Source: Nemertoderma westbladi
Lineage: Eukaryota; Animalia; Xenacoelomorpha
Reading direction: 5' to 3'
Length of the DNA stretch: 64,000 nt
NCBI GenBank assembly: GCA_032718475.1
Contig: JAUCBJ010008367.1
Span: forward strand, 43,201 to 107,200
Below the pieces are notes generated by a model that saw only the letters and a program-made list of their open reading frames with translations, had not been told where the DNA came from and did not search any database. Each line of letters begins with the position of its first letter. The stretch's first letter is position 1. Positions 50,993 through 62,999 of this stretch are shown here, piece after piece. The translations under genes and the position numbers were made by a program.

Positions 50993-51808
50993 GTTACTAC
51001 TAGGATCGGCATCAGCATCGGCATTTGCTAGATCATCCGCATCTTCAAGGCCAGTGTCCTTTAAGATGCGTCTCACGAATGTCATGGGCTGTCCACCATG
51101 CTTATTCACTCCATGAGGCTGCCAAAGCACAAAATTATGCACTGGCTGGTCCTCACGGCGAAAGCAATGTGTTGCAAAGCGGAGGCGACTTTGTTCTAGT
51201 GTCAAGCATGGGGGAACCAATGAGACACCTCCAATGTTATATAGTGTCTGGTTGGAGATGTGTGCATTGTACTTGACACTGTGAACCCGGCTTAACATTA
51301 TTGTGAATGTACCATTCAGAGATTTGGTGTCCTCAGCAGTTAGAGCCCAGTATGCACTCCCATAGAGAAGTACTGGAACTATTGCTGCTCTAAATAATCG
51401 GACCTTATGTTTCCAACTAAACATTTCTATGTGACTTACAATTCCTGGAAAGACTATTCAAGGCTGCGTCATGCCCTTCCCTTGCGTATTAGATTGCCCT
51501 CACCTCACTTCCGGATCCATGATCCCAGGTAACTTGCTGAGGATTTTCAAAGTTAACTGCTAAAATTTTGGTCTTTTTGGAGTTAATAAAAAGATCAAAA
51601 CTAGAAGCAGCCTGTTCTAATGAGCTGAGGAGCCGTTGGGCCTCTAGTGATTCTGAGAATACTCCTAAGTCATCAGCAAAGTCTAGATCAGTTAGGTAGG
51701 ATTTCCTCGACTTCTGGAGCCAGTAGGTGGAGTTACCATCACCCCATCGTCATTATGATGATCTGAGGACATGCGTAAAATATAGTCATCCACAATTATG
51801 AACAAGAA
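50993..51808 (-). mobile_element. RTE-like fragment (family of 57690-59151)
   Basis: Translation nearly identical to the C-terminus of 57690-59102; short TAC tail at ~50995-51001. Confidence 0.88.
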
Positions 51809-51850
51809 TTGAGTAGAACCACCTGGCGTTGAATCAGCGCTATACTATAC

Positions 51851-51896
51851 AATATACATACGTTTCGGCCTATCAGGCCTCATCAGTATCGATATC
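51851..51896 (-). ncRNA. Minimal type I hammerhead ribozyme (Penelope-like)
   Basis: Minus strand reads GATATCGATA-CTGATGA-GGCC TGATA GGCC-GAAA-C-GTA-TGTATATT: full core, 4-bp helix II, palindromic ACGT helix III, bulged helix I. Confidence 0.8.
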
Positions 51897-52497
51897 CAGT
51901 TCAGATGTTTACCACGCTCATCGTATCAAACCATCGACCGGAATTTTCCCGTTAGCAGGACCCCTGGCCCTAACCTGGTGTAGGGCTGTTGCGTCTCCTA
52001 GGATGAAAATATGTATTACAGATTTTGAGGCTATTTATTATTTCTATGATTAACCATTGTCAGAATGCCACAATCTTGGTATTTGTGAGGCATCCTTACA
52101 TATATTGAAGCATGTCTTGTCGTTATTACATTGAGGAAGTAAGTTATTTTAACGACGATTTTGTGGGATAAAAGGTACGCGCGATAAAGGACTGAGGTAT
52201 TTTTGATCCCATGGGAAGAAAATACCTATTAGGATGAAAGTTCAGCAGGATCAAAGGATCCTTATAGGGCCATATAATCGGTTTTATGTACCTCTTCTAA
52301 TCTATCTATACATAGCTACAAACTAACTATATGTCATATAATATAGTACTGCATATAGTACTGCATTGGTGTAGGTAGAAATAAATAAATAAATAAATTA
52401 ATCATTATGTGCTAATATTATTATTGTTAATTTACTAATATACTATATTAGATGTATAAAGATGATGACGTGAACTTGTGCGAATTATATTATGTAA

Positions 52498-53739
52498 ATG
52501 ATCACGATGGTAGTAATTGAATTATTCGTCAGTATGCTAATCACAATTAGTGCTGGAGAGGATAAAGCTGTTAATGCGAGCATAGAAGATAATATAATAA
52601 ACCATTTAACACATATTGTGCATTATAGTGGAGATTATAATAAGTTATCCAGACCACATATTGGCAATAAACCAATTCAAATTGACGTCAATGTTGGTAT
52701 AGTTTCAGTAGGTGAAATTAATGATGAGGACATGTCTTTCACCACTGATATTTATTTTCGACTGTGGTGGAATGATCCCCGACTTATATACAATAAGTCA
52801 TATTCAATAGGAGATGACTCTGTTACTCTTGGGTCATATATCCTAGACCACATTTGGAAACCTGATTTATTTTTCAGCAACAGTCTGTCAACAATTGTGT
52901 TCAAGGATCCAATGCCAAACTCATTCATAATGGTGTCACCAAATGGCGATATATTTATGTCCGAACGTGTCAGCATTCGAACTAGATGTACTTTCGATTT
53001 TAGTAATTACCCAATGGATTCTCAAACATGTGGAATAGATATAGAGAGTTACGGGTTTGATACTAGAGATCTAGTGTTGAAATTTAAGGAAGTAAATGAT
53101 GACAATAAAGGGGCTGAAATAATTAATGGAAAAGTGGAGTTTACTCAGTACGACCCCCTATTCACCAGTACTCTTAAATTAGAAGAGAATTTAGCAATGT
53201 ATGTAGAAAGATCCTTTTCATACCTTTCAATAAAAGTTATGTTCAAAAGACGTACGAGTGCATATATTGTTACTGTTTACTTTCCATTGACGTTGGCAGT
53301 TGTGATGTCTTGGATTGCATTCTGGGTGGATCGTAAAGCTCTTCCAGCTCGGGCAGCTCTTGCCATAACCACCATTCTCATTGTCATCACTATAGCTCTA
53401 AACACATATACTAGACTCCCTAATGTTGCTTATATTAATGCGTTGGATATAACCTTTGCAATTGCTTTTATATTTGTATTTTGTAGCCTAGTTGAATTTT
53501 TATTGGTGTGTCACTTTGGTAAGAAGTATGATGATAAATTTGCAATCAATGGCACACAACAAAATACTGAAAACAACAAAAATAGCCACCATGTTACAAC
53601 ATCAAGAAACGGATGTTGTGAAATTAATAGAGATATAGCTACTTACATTGATAATGTTTCTAAGTATTTGTTCCCATCAACATACGCAATTGTAACTGCA
53701 ATTTATTTCTGCTTGTATCAATTTATTTTACCAAAATAA
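52498..53739 (+). CDS. Cys-loop ligand-gated ion channel subunit, anion-selective (GABA-A/GlyR/GluCl-like), single coding exon
   Basis: Signal peptide, IWKPDLFF, Cys-loop CTFDFSNYPMDSQTC, four TM segments, PAR motif before M2 (ALPARAALAITT), intact 413-aa ORF. Confidence 0.95.
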   Translation: MITMVVIELFVSMLITISAGEDKAVNASIEDNIINHLTHIVHYSGDYNKLSRPHIGNKPIQIDVNVGIVSVGEINDEDMSFTTDIYFRLWWNDPRLIYNKSYSIGDDSVTLGSYILDHIWKPDLFFSNSLSTIVFKDPMPNSFIMVSPNGDIFMSERVSIRTRCTFDFSNYPMDSQTCGIDIESYGFDTRDLVLKFKEVNDDNKGAEIINGKVEFTQYDPLFTSTLKLEENLAMYVERSFSYLSIKVMFKRRTSAYIVTVYFPLTLAVVMSWIAFWVDRKALPARAALAITTILIVITIALNTYTRLPNVAYINALDITFAIAFIFVFCSLVEFLLVCHFGKKYDDKFAINGTQQNTENNKNSHHVTTSRNGCCEINRDIATYIDNVSKYLFPSTYAIVTAIYFCLYQFILPK

Positions 53740-55159
53740 CTTATTTGAATTTGTTAATTTATATGTTAATTTATATATTTAATTTGTATTGGTTGTTTTA
53801 TAAGTTTTGTGATGGGATCCTGGTTTGCTTGGGATCCCAACTGTTCGTCTTGGTGATGTTTCCTATGCATCGCCGCTTGGGGAATACTGGGTGGCCGTAG
53901 GCCTGATAAAACTATGAACTTATCGTCGATATTATTAATAGTCTCCTAAGAATAGTACAGTTTACCAGAATAATGATTACAGCATGGTACAGCAGTATTA
54001 GTGTGTGGCTTATGGTGAAAACTATTCACCTTTCTACACTGGATAAATTGCCAACTGATTTACACAATGCATGTGACCGTTAATATAAAGGGGGATACAT
54101 TGCCTGTTAGGCTAAAACATCTCATTTGGCCTGTCATGGTCGATGCAGCATAATCTAAGAGATGGAACCATCCCATTGGTTGCCTTACTGTATCACCCCA
54201 TAAACATCCCTCCATTGGCCTTGCTGGACTCACCGAAGTGGATTGTAAGTCCACTTCCTGGTTAGCCCGATTGCTTAATCGCTTGGTTGGTATGCCTTAT
54301 TGGATATACCTCAGTTGCCAACTTGTTAAATTGGCTCCCCCTCCATTTTATTGGTTGGAAGTGCTGAGCAGACTGGGTCCACTAACACTCCTCCCATGCT
54401 ATATTCCCGGTTGGAAGATAGCATATACTACAAAGTGTGCTCCATTCTGGGGAATCCGATCTAGTATTGGACGTGTGGTGGGACTATCTTCTCTGGGACC
54501 AGTCTCCCAATCTGGCCCCACTGGGTCTGATCTCACTACCCATCCTTGACACTCCTGCAAGCTAAGTCACACCAAGGCATGTGGCGTCTCTATTCAGATG
54601 ATCGCCTCTTCCTCATTCAATTTTAAATTGGGTACCATTGGATCCAATCTGTTGGGTTGGGCCCCAATTTCCTCACTTCTTACACCTCTCATTAGTCACA
54701 TAGGATTCATCCTCTTCCGATGAACTTGCTCCCTAGACTTTCTGGATGTTGCACCCCTTTATCACTCAACCCCTCATATTTTCCCAGATATTGCATCCCT
54801 CGCCACTCAACTCTACTATGTTTCCTCACTCTCCTTGGGTTCTCACAGTCTCACATATGAGTCACACAGTCTCGTCCTCCCATTTCAGTCAGTGAGTAAT
54901 GAGTCAGTGGCCATCCCAGTAGCTAATTGAGAAAGGTTGTATCTGACTTTCATAGTATGTACTTTAATTATTTCTCATTTAATCCGAATATTAATATTAA
55001 AATATCCATAGAGCACATTACACTATATTTACAAATTAAAACTATACTAAAAAAAGACAATAAAAAGAGAGGGTACAAGTTAATTTAAATTCGGCATCTC
55101 AGGTAACTATCGTATACCTGAGATACATTAAAACATATACAGTGCTAATATGAATTAAA

Positions 55160-55370
55160 TATAATTTTGCGAGTTGGCTACAGGATTAAATAAACTAAAT
55201 AGTGAAAAGCGTCGGATATGTACAATTGATTTAAGGCCAAGGGAGATCAGCATACCACTAGCACTGTCATCGCGTTTAAAACCAAATAAACGTCGCACTG
55301 TGTTGTTATACGCTACATTTAATCGATTAAGAGTTGACTCACAAAAATAGCTGTCAGCCCAAAGATATAG
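55160..55370 (-). mobile_element. Non-LTR retrotransposon ORF2 3' fragment (RTE-X/L2-like) inserted in the LTR element
   Basis: Translation LW...LNRLNVAYNNTVRRLFGFKRDDSASGM resembles LINE C-termini. Confidence 0.5.
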
Positions 55371-55579
55371 ATACTTTATACTTCTATTATATTGAGTATA
55401 TAAATTATGATTTAAATTCTATTTATTGCACTCTTTGATTGCATTATGTAATTAATTAAGTTTAAGTTTGAGTAAGAATGTTCTAGAAATCTGTCTATTG
55501 TCTTGGCAGTGCCTTCTAGGCACACTGATGTTATCACCCATCAGCATCCCTGACATTTCCTCCAGTACCCTTCAACTGG

Positions 55580-55890
55580 TGATGTATATATTTATTGAGG
55601 TTGAAGAATCCCCAGTGAAACTCCTGGGCCTTCATCCTCTGCATTGTCATTGTGACCAGGTTCACGGAGTCCTCAAATCGACAGAACTTCTCCTCATCGC
55701 TCATCGCTTCGCAGTGACCCTCATAATGCCCATGGAACATACACTTCTCACACCTGTGATATAATTCCAGGCAGGTGCCCAGGATGTGGCTTGTCTCGCG
55801 GCATTATGTACATCTTGCCCCATAGTCGAATTGGTAGAGACAATTTTTCCTCTGGTGGTTGTGTTGCCCACAATAGTCGCAGCCATTTAT
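55580..55890 (-). pseudogene. Triple CCHC knuckle domain homologous to the BEL accessory-protein knuckles
   Basis: Translation CDYCGQHNHQRKNC-LYQFDYGAR-CT*CRETSHILGTC-LELYHR-CEKCMFHGHYEGHC...FEDSVNL...WGFF. Confidence 0.7.
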
Positions 55891-57689
55891 CCTTGTCTAC
55901 CTCTTGAACTTGCCTGTCTTGGTAATCATCCGTTTGGGTCTCTGGAGTTTCTGATACGAGAACATCTCCACAGCCTTGTCGAGACCCAAATTGATCTTGG
56001 CCACCACCCTTGGTAGTACTTCTCCAAATACTATAAGCAGCTCCATCCTGGGTTGCTCTTGTAACCTGATCGCTGCTCCTGGGAAGTGGGTAACTGGTTC
56101 CTCATGTTCCCAGGCCCGTTTGCCTGGGGTATTCCAGAAACCTCTCGCCACACTGGCCATCATGACTCTCCCATCTACCCAGTATGTATCCACCCATCCT
56201 ATCCTCATCAGCGGCACCTCCCTGAACTCATCCTCTTCCATCCTCTACTGCGGGTGGTTCTAGGCCTGGCATCACTGTTCCTGTCTCCTTGTGTCCCTCT
56301 CCAGGCCAGTTCCCACCCAAGACCCCCGTCACCCAGCATTTCTCTCGGTTTCTTCCTCCTGTAATCGCCCTTGGACCCTCCTGGTATCGGCGTACCTCTC
56401 TGCGCCCCAGACCTCAATTAGATCAGCGTCCCTTCCGGATATCTCACCATCCACCCTTCTCCCTCCTCGTACCGATACTCGCTGGAGATGCCCGATTTCC
56501 ACCCCAACTCGTCCTGGTCCTGCTAGCCGAATTTGTACTCCTTCACCCACTCCCTTGCTGTTGGTTCTATTCCTGCTGCTTCCCGTCTTTCCCTTCTGGC
56601 CACCTGTTCTTCTCTCCATTCTTCCCCCCACCCCGCCTCTTCTTTGCCCATTTTTGGCGCAGTCTTTCTGCACTTCTATCCAGAAGATGTCACATAGGTG
56701 TCATAGTTCACCACTATCACGTCTCGCCTTTCTGTCCTGGGTGGTCTACTAGACCCTCGATAGCTACCTTGAAGGCTCTCTTGTGGTTCAATGGTGATCC
56801 TTGAAATAGGAATGCTGTCATCTTATAGGAATTAATAGGAATGCTAAAACATCTCATTTGGAATGTCATGGTCGATACAGCTTAATATAACAGATGGAGC
56901 CCTCACATTGGTTGCCTTACTGTATCACCCAATAAACCTGCCTCCTTTTGGCCTTGGTGGCCTTAACTCACCGGGGTGGATTGTCAGTTCACTTCCTCGC
57001 TAGCCCTTGCTTCCACCCTTGGTCGGTATGCCTTATTGGATATACCTCGGTTGCCAACTTGTTAAATGGGCTCCCCCCCCCCCCCCCCATTTTATTGGTT
57101 GGAAGTGTATAGCAGACTGGATCCTGCTAACAAGTTTATATGTTCATTTATATATTTAATTGGGTGTATTTTATTTTCTCTTGTGATTTTATTTGAAATT
57201 ATTTACAATTTTCATTTGAACCATTTGCAGATATTTTTCATCCACGAATTGTGAGCGTTTATCAAATCACAGTGCACATACTAAATACAAACCGTATTTA
57301 AAAAGCATAGTGCACTTGGGCACAGTGAGCGCGTGCACATGGATAATGTGCATTCTAAAACAAGCCACCAACCCACGACATAATGGGGTGTGAACTTAAG
57401 AGGATTCTTTGTGGGGGTTGAGGGGGAAGGGTGAGGTTTATAGAGCCACACTTTGGTTGGGATGGGGACATGGGACTACAGAGGCGCCAGCGAGATCGGC
57501 TGACAACAAAGGTAAGGCTGTTAGCTGACAGTGTCTGACTGAGCGGTAGAATTGTGGGTAAAATAAATAATGGAATAAAATAATGCAATAAAATAAAGTT
57601 ATAAAATAATCATACAAAGTTCTGTATATTTAGGTACTTAAGTTTCATCATGGTTTACAATACGTATCATCTATCCCATCATAGTAGAC

Positions 57690-59151
57690 ATGTACCGAAC
57701 AACAAGAGTGCCACAAGAAATGAAAACAAATAAGTTGGTGCCAGTTCCCAAGAAGGGCAACCTAACACTCTATGGTTCTTTTCGGGGAATCTCATTGATC
57801 TCTATTGCTGCAAAGCTATACAATAGAATTATATTAAATCGCATCAGGGATCCCATTGAGAGACTGCTCCGTGGAAATCAGAATGGGTTCTGTAAAGGTC
57901 GTGGGACCATGGAGCCCATTTTGGCACTTAGAAGGATAATTGAAGAGTTATCAAAAAAGAAAGACAGGCATCTGGTTGTTATATTTGTTGACTTCTTCAA
58001 GGCCTTTGATTCAGTCTTTCGCTCACGTATGTTCAGCATACTTTCATTATATGGGATTCCTGATGAAATTATTGCAGCAATCAGCTCAGTATACGATGGT
58101 TCGACAACATTTGTGTCTACTGTTGACGGTGACACAGAACCATTTGAAGTGTTATGGGGCGTCCTCCAAGGAGACACACTTGCACCATTCTTGTTCATAA
58201 TTGTTGTTGACTATGTTCTACGCATGTCCTTAGATCATCATAATGATGATGGGGTGATGATAACTCCACCTACTGGCTCCAGAAGTCGAGGAAATCCTGC
58301 CAAGTACCTAACTGATTTAGACTTTGCTGATGACTTAGGAGTACTCTTAGAATCACTAGAGGGAGCCCAAAGGCTCCTCAGCTCATTAGAACATGCTGCT
58401 TCTAGTGTTGTTCTTTTTATTAACTCTAGAAAGACCAAAATTTTGACAGTTAACTTTGAAAGTCCTCAGCAAGTCTCTGATCGGATGAGCATAAGCTCAA
58501 AAGATGGTATGCTTGAGCATGTGGATGACTTCTGTTACCTGGGATCATGGATCCGGAAGTCAGGTGAGGACCTTCGAATACGTAAGGGAAAGGCATGGGC
58601 AGCCTTGAATAGGCTTTCCAGGATTTGGAAGTCACCGAGAATTAATCGGACACTTAAGGTCCGAATATTTAGAGCAGCAGTAGTTCCAGTACTCCTCTAT
58701 GGGAGTCCTTGCTGGGCTCTACCTGCTGAGGTCACCAAATCTCTGGATGGCACATTCACAAGAATGCTCCGCCGGGTTCATTGTGTCAAGTACAATGCAC
58801 ACATCTCCAAACAGACACTATATAACATTGGAGGTGTTTCATTGGTTCCCCCAAGCTTGACACTAGAACAAAATCGCCTCCGCTTTGCAGGACATTGCTT
58901 TCGCCGTGGTGACCAGCCAGTGCATAATCTTGTACTTTGGCAGCCTCATGCAGTGAATAAGCATGGTGGACAGCCCATGACTTTCTTGAGACGCATCTTA
59001 AAGGACACTGGCCTTGAAGATGCGGATGAACTAGCAAATGTCATGGGTGATAGGGAGTTGTGGTGGTGCAATTTTGTCGATAAGCCGGCACAGCATTCTT
59101 AAAAATGCAGCTGCAATGCAGCATGCCGATCCTAGTAGTAGTAGTAGTAGT
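57690..59151 (+). mobile_element. 5'-truncated RTE-like LINE; open RT-domain ORF 57690-59102
   Basis: PKKGNL..FRGISL, QNGF, FVDFFKAFDSV, GVLQGDTLAPFLF, FADD, FCYLGS; (TAG)n tail at 59133-59152. Confidence 0.92.
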
Positions 59152-59798
59152 AGGTTGGACTTGTAGGCACTTGGCTGCATATGGTTAACTATATAATGGC
59201 CCCGAAACATCGAAAGTAAAGGTATAGGCCTATTACTGTACATGTATTATATGTTAATAAATTCACAAAGAAGGACAGACAGATTGAAAACCTGACGGTT
59301 TTCAATATCTGTGCGAATAGTTTAGGCTATTCCCTTAGCATGTTGGTTAGTTAGGTTATGGTTGGTTAGTTTTCCAAGCGGAGTCAAGAAGAGTTAACTG
59401 GTTAATACAGTAGGTACTGCACTGCTGGCGCATCCCGGGGCTGGCGGACACCGGCTGTCACTCATCCTGGACCTGTCCTGCATAATGCAGGACAGGTAAA
59501 CAATGCTGAACAACGCAGGCTGCATTGTTTATTTGACATAAGGTAGTGGCAGCCACACTCTTTAAATCACTTAGCTTTAAGTAGGCCTACCTGTCTTCAG
59601 TCTGCATGCGTGCTGTGCACTTCTTGCTGGTCCGCAATGCCTAATCTCTAAAATCACATACGGATTATTCTCCATAGGAATCCATTACATACGCACATAC
59701 GCGTAAGTACATACGGATACGGCAAATGCATACGGATACGGATACGGTGAAAAGTTATACCCAGGCAGTAGTACAATATTACAAGTACAAGATTAGTG

Positions 59799-62282
59799 GG
59801 GTGTAAATGCTACGCCAATAACCGACAACCAAATCCGACAACCATTATTAACGGTAATTAAATAACAACAATAAAAAGAGCAATTTGGTGAAGAAAAATA
59901 TTCATAAACTGTTCGTAATAATTTATAAACGAATTTGAGCCTCGTGTTCTTATAATAAACTCTATACTTATAAAATAAATTAAGTGTACATTATTTAAGA
60001 TAATGAACTACCTTTATAACACCGAAATAAGATTGATACTTGAAGAATACTGACTATCCATAACACAGCAGCAGTGTTAGAGTGTCAGAGTTTATTGGAA
60101 GGTCATGTTGTTTGATGATTACTGGCTATCCATAATATAGCAGTGATATTAGTAAGTAACCTTATTTACACTTCCAATATAATTGAAAGATCGATTTACT
60201 TAATAGCACTAGCTGCCTAACGAAAGAGGCTGGCATGGTAATCATTGGATTACTTTGCTTGTTAACAAATATGCTCCTGTTACTATGGTTACTAAAACAC
60301 CACAACCCGCCAATGAAGTTAACTTTTCAATTGGGCCCTTATGGGACTACTCAATGAATGTATTGCATTCAATTGTACTGCATAAGAAGGATAGCGATCT
60401 AAAAAAATGTCACACAGTACAACATGTCCCGGAATATAGTGTCGTAATACAGTGACGCCCCCCCCCCCCCTAATTTTTCTACAAATCTTAATGAGATTTC
60501 ATTTCATTTGAAACAGAGATAGTTTCACCTCCCGACCATTTTTATTTTTGCTTTCAATCTTTAGCTACAAGCGTTTAAAAAAAGTGTCTCGGTTGATATT
60601 GCACCAGGCCCACCGCAGTTATTATTCTACCTTATAGCTGTTTGTTGGTACTGCTAGAAAGGATTTCAGGTTAAAATGTCGAAAGAGTCAAATTGTCGAA
60701 CAGGTCAAAATGTCGAAAGAGTCAAGTTGTCGAACAGCCATGTCAAATTATCGAAAAAGCTTTCGACACAGACATGCCAAATTGTCGAAAGAGACATGCC
60801 AAATTGTTAGAAATAGCCGGAAGCGTCCAAGAGAAGCGTTCGATAGAGCCCTGCAATCTGTCGATATTAAGTACCAGGAGTATGGAGGACAGGTCGCTGC
60901 CGAAATTAAGGGGAAACCATCTGCTGGGTACGGCTTCGACTCAAAACGCCGGTCATTAAGCAGAAACCGAGCGCATGGTGTGGTGGGTGGAGAGCCCCAT
61001 GTTTTAGGATACGCTCTCATGAAGGGACAATCGGAAGGAAGCTACATCAGGACGTTTACTGCTTTAAGATATAACATTTATCATCTTTGCGGTGAAGGTG
61101 GCAGAATTAATACAGCTAAGTGGCTTTTCGATTTCGAACTTGCAGCAATGAATGCTTGCAATATAGTTTTCCCAATGGTGACCATGTTAGGTTGCGCTTT
61201 TCATTTCGCTAAGGCCATAAACGAGAAGCGAGACAGCCTTGGCCTCAAAGGTGTTTGTGTTGAAGATACAGCAGAGGGTAAAACTGTAGTAAAGTATTGG
61301 TTCAAAGAGATTCGTTCTTTACCATTCCTTCCTGATGGGTATCGCTATCGGGTTGCCTATACTCTGATCAATGAACAGCTACCAAACCTGTCCGCTTTAA
61401 CAGCCAATAAAGTTTTCCAATTTCGACAATATTTCATTGGATTTTAGCTTCGGCAGGATGTATTCATCAGATGGGGACAGTTCGGAAATACCGGCCCTAG
61501 GACCAGCAACTGTGCTGAAGGTTTCCACAATGGGCTTCATTCCCGGCTCACCAGCCTCCATCCGTGCCTTGGAGAGATCCTGGAATTTTTCCAGTTAAAT
61601 CAACATACTTCCCAGCAGCGCATGAAGGCCTTGCTAGAACCGAATACTATTGCTGTTCCCAAACCAAAGTCTCCACATATCCAGATACGGGACCAACGCT
61701 TGGTTGAGGAGATGGTGCGATTCGCAAACTACATGGATGCATGGCCTAATAACATTTATTATAATGACTGTAAGATGTACATGCGTTGTTTGATGGTCAT
61801 TGGACAGGTACCCCAGGCTTTAGAGGGGTAATGCCCAATGGTCAGCTAGTCAAGATAACTCTTACTTAATAGGCCTATATTGCCCATTGCTATTGAGATA
61901 TTATACACAATTCGTTAGCCATATCAATTATCACGTTTCCAATTTCTCAGGTTCAACAATTTAGTATCAAAATTCAAAAGTATCTAAAAAAGGATAAACG
62001 CCATATTGTCGAAAGGGGTGCGCCATATTGTCGAAAAAAAATTCGACATTTTGACATGCCCAAAAACTTTTTCGACAATTTTACTCTACTTTTCGACAAT
62101 TTGTCTCTTTCGACATTTTGGCTCTTTCGACATTTTGACCATAAGCCCTAGAAAGCTGGCCATGCAAGGATTCCAAATATGTAGCACAATCTGAATTTCG
62201 TTGAAAAATAGCTGAGGCGGGCGTTCAAAAGTTACTGGTTGTCGGCTGTCGGTTGTCGGGTTTCGGCGTAACGTTTACACCC
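59799..62282. mobile_element. Outer TIR pair (GGGTGTAAA...CCGACAACC) of a non-autonomous DNA element enclosing the MULE
   Basis: 59799-59845 is an imperfect inverted repeat of 62236-62282; no TSD resolved. Confidence 0.55.
60662..62147 (+). mobile_element. Internally deleted Mutator-like (MULE) DNA transposon
   Basis: TIRs made of TGTCGAAA subrepeats; 8-bp TSD CTAGAAAG (60654-60661, 62148-62155); transposase remnant YALM...DFE...GCAFHF and, past TAG 61445, RTSNCAEGFHN. Confidence 0.85.
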
Positions 62283-62418
62283 GAATATCAGCTTATATAC
62301 TAAAAATCCAACCCAATATTAACGGCAGAAATGTATTAATTGATTAACCGAACAAAATACATGTTACTTCTACGGACAAACATTCAGGCTAGCTATAACC
62401 AGTTTGACCTTTAGGTTA

Positions 62419-62999
62419 ACTGTCAGATGCCCAATAGGGACACTTCCCCAATGACACTTTTGCCCAATAATATTTACCTTAAGACACCTTCCCTACGAGT
62501 CACTTCCCCAATAACTAGATCTGGTATGGTCACTTTCACAATAGGCCAGTTTTCGAATAGGAAGGACACCTTGCGCAATATTTTGAGATTTAGATTTATT
62601 TAATTAAGAATATTAATGGAAAGGTGCAGGTTAGGTTAAAGTGGCGGTGTTTTCTAACCAAAACAATAAACTATAAATTATTTCACTTGCGGTAAATTTG
62701 CGTTGATGATCACTATTTTCACTTGCGCTCAATGTGCACCACTATGTGATGATGTCATATAAGTAGTTGGCCTAGCAAAAGGCAAAATTCGTAGTGGATG
62801 GAATTTATGGTCTCAAAAAATCGTACTGTATTGGGCAAGTGACTTATTCTGTAAGTCGACTATTGGGCAAGTGACCTATTGCTATTGGTAAAGTGACCTA
62901 CTTTCGGTTAAAAATGAAATATATTGGGCAAGTGACCTAAAATACTTTTTTTATGGGCAAGTAACCTTTGGGGAAGTGTCCTATTGGGCAAGTGTCAGT
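62419..62999. mobile_element. Foldback/MITE-like element with TATTGGGCAAGTGAC subrepeats
   Basis: Inverted ends ACTG.CA..TGCCCAATAGG.ACACTTCCCCAA and TTGGGGAAGTGTCCTATTGGGCAAGTGTCAGT. Confidence 0.65.

Larger units (their letters stand above)
54105..57132 (-). mobile_element. Degenerate non-autonomous LTR element (~283-bp LTRs) carrying a triple zinc-knuckle pseudogene
   Basis: Direct repeats 54105-54387 (TGTTAG...CTAACA) and ~56843-57132; GGGAGGAG PPT on the minus strand at 54388-54395; no pol motifs seen. Confidence 0.7.
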
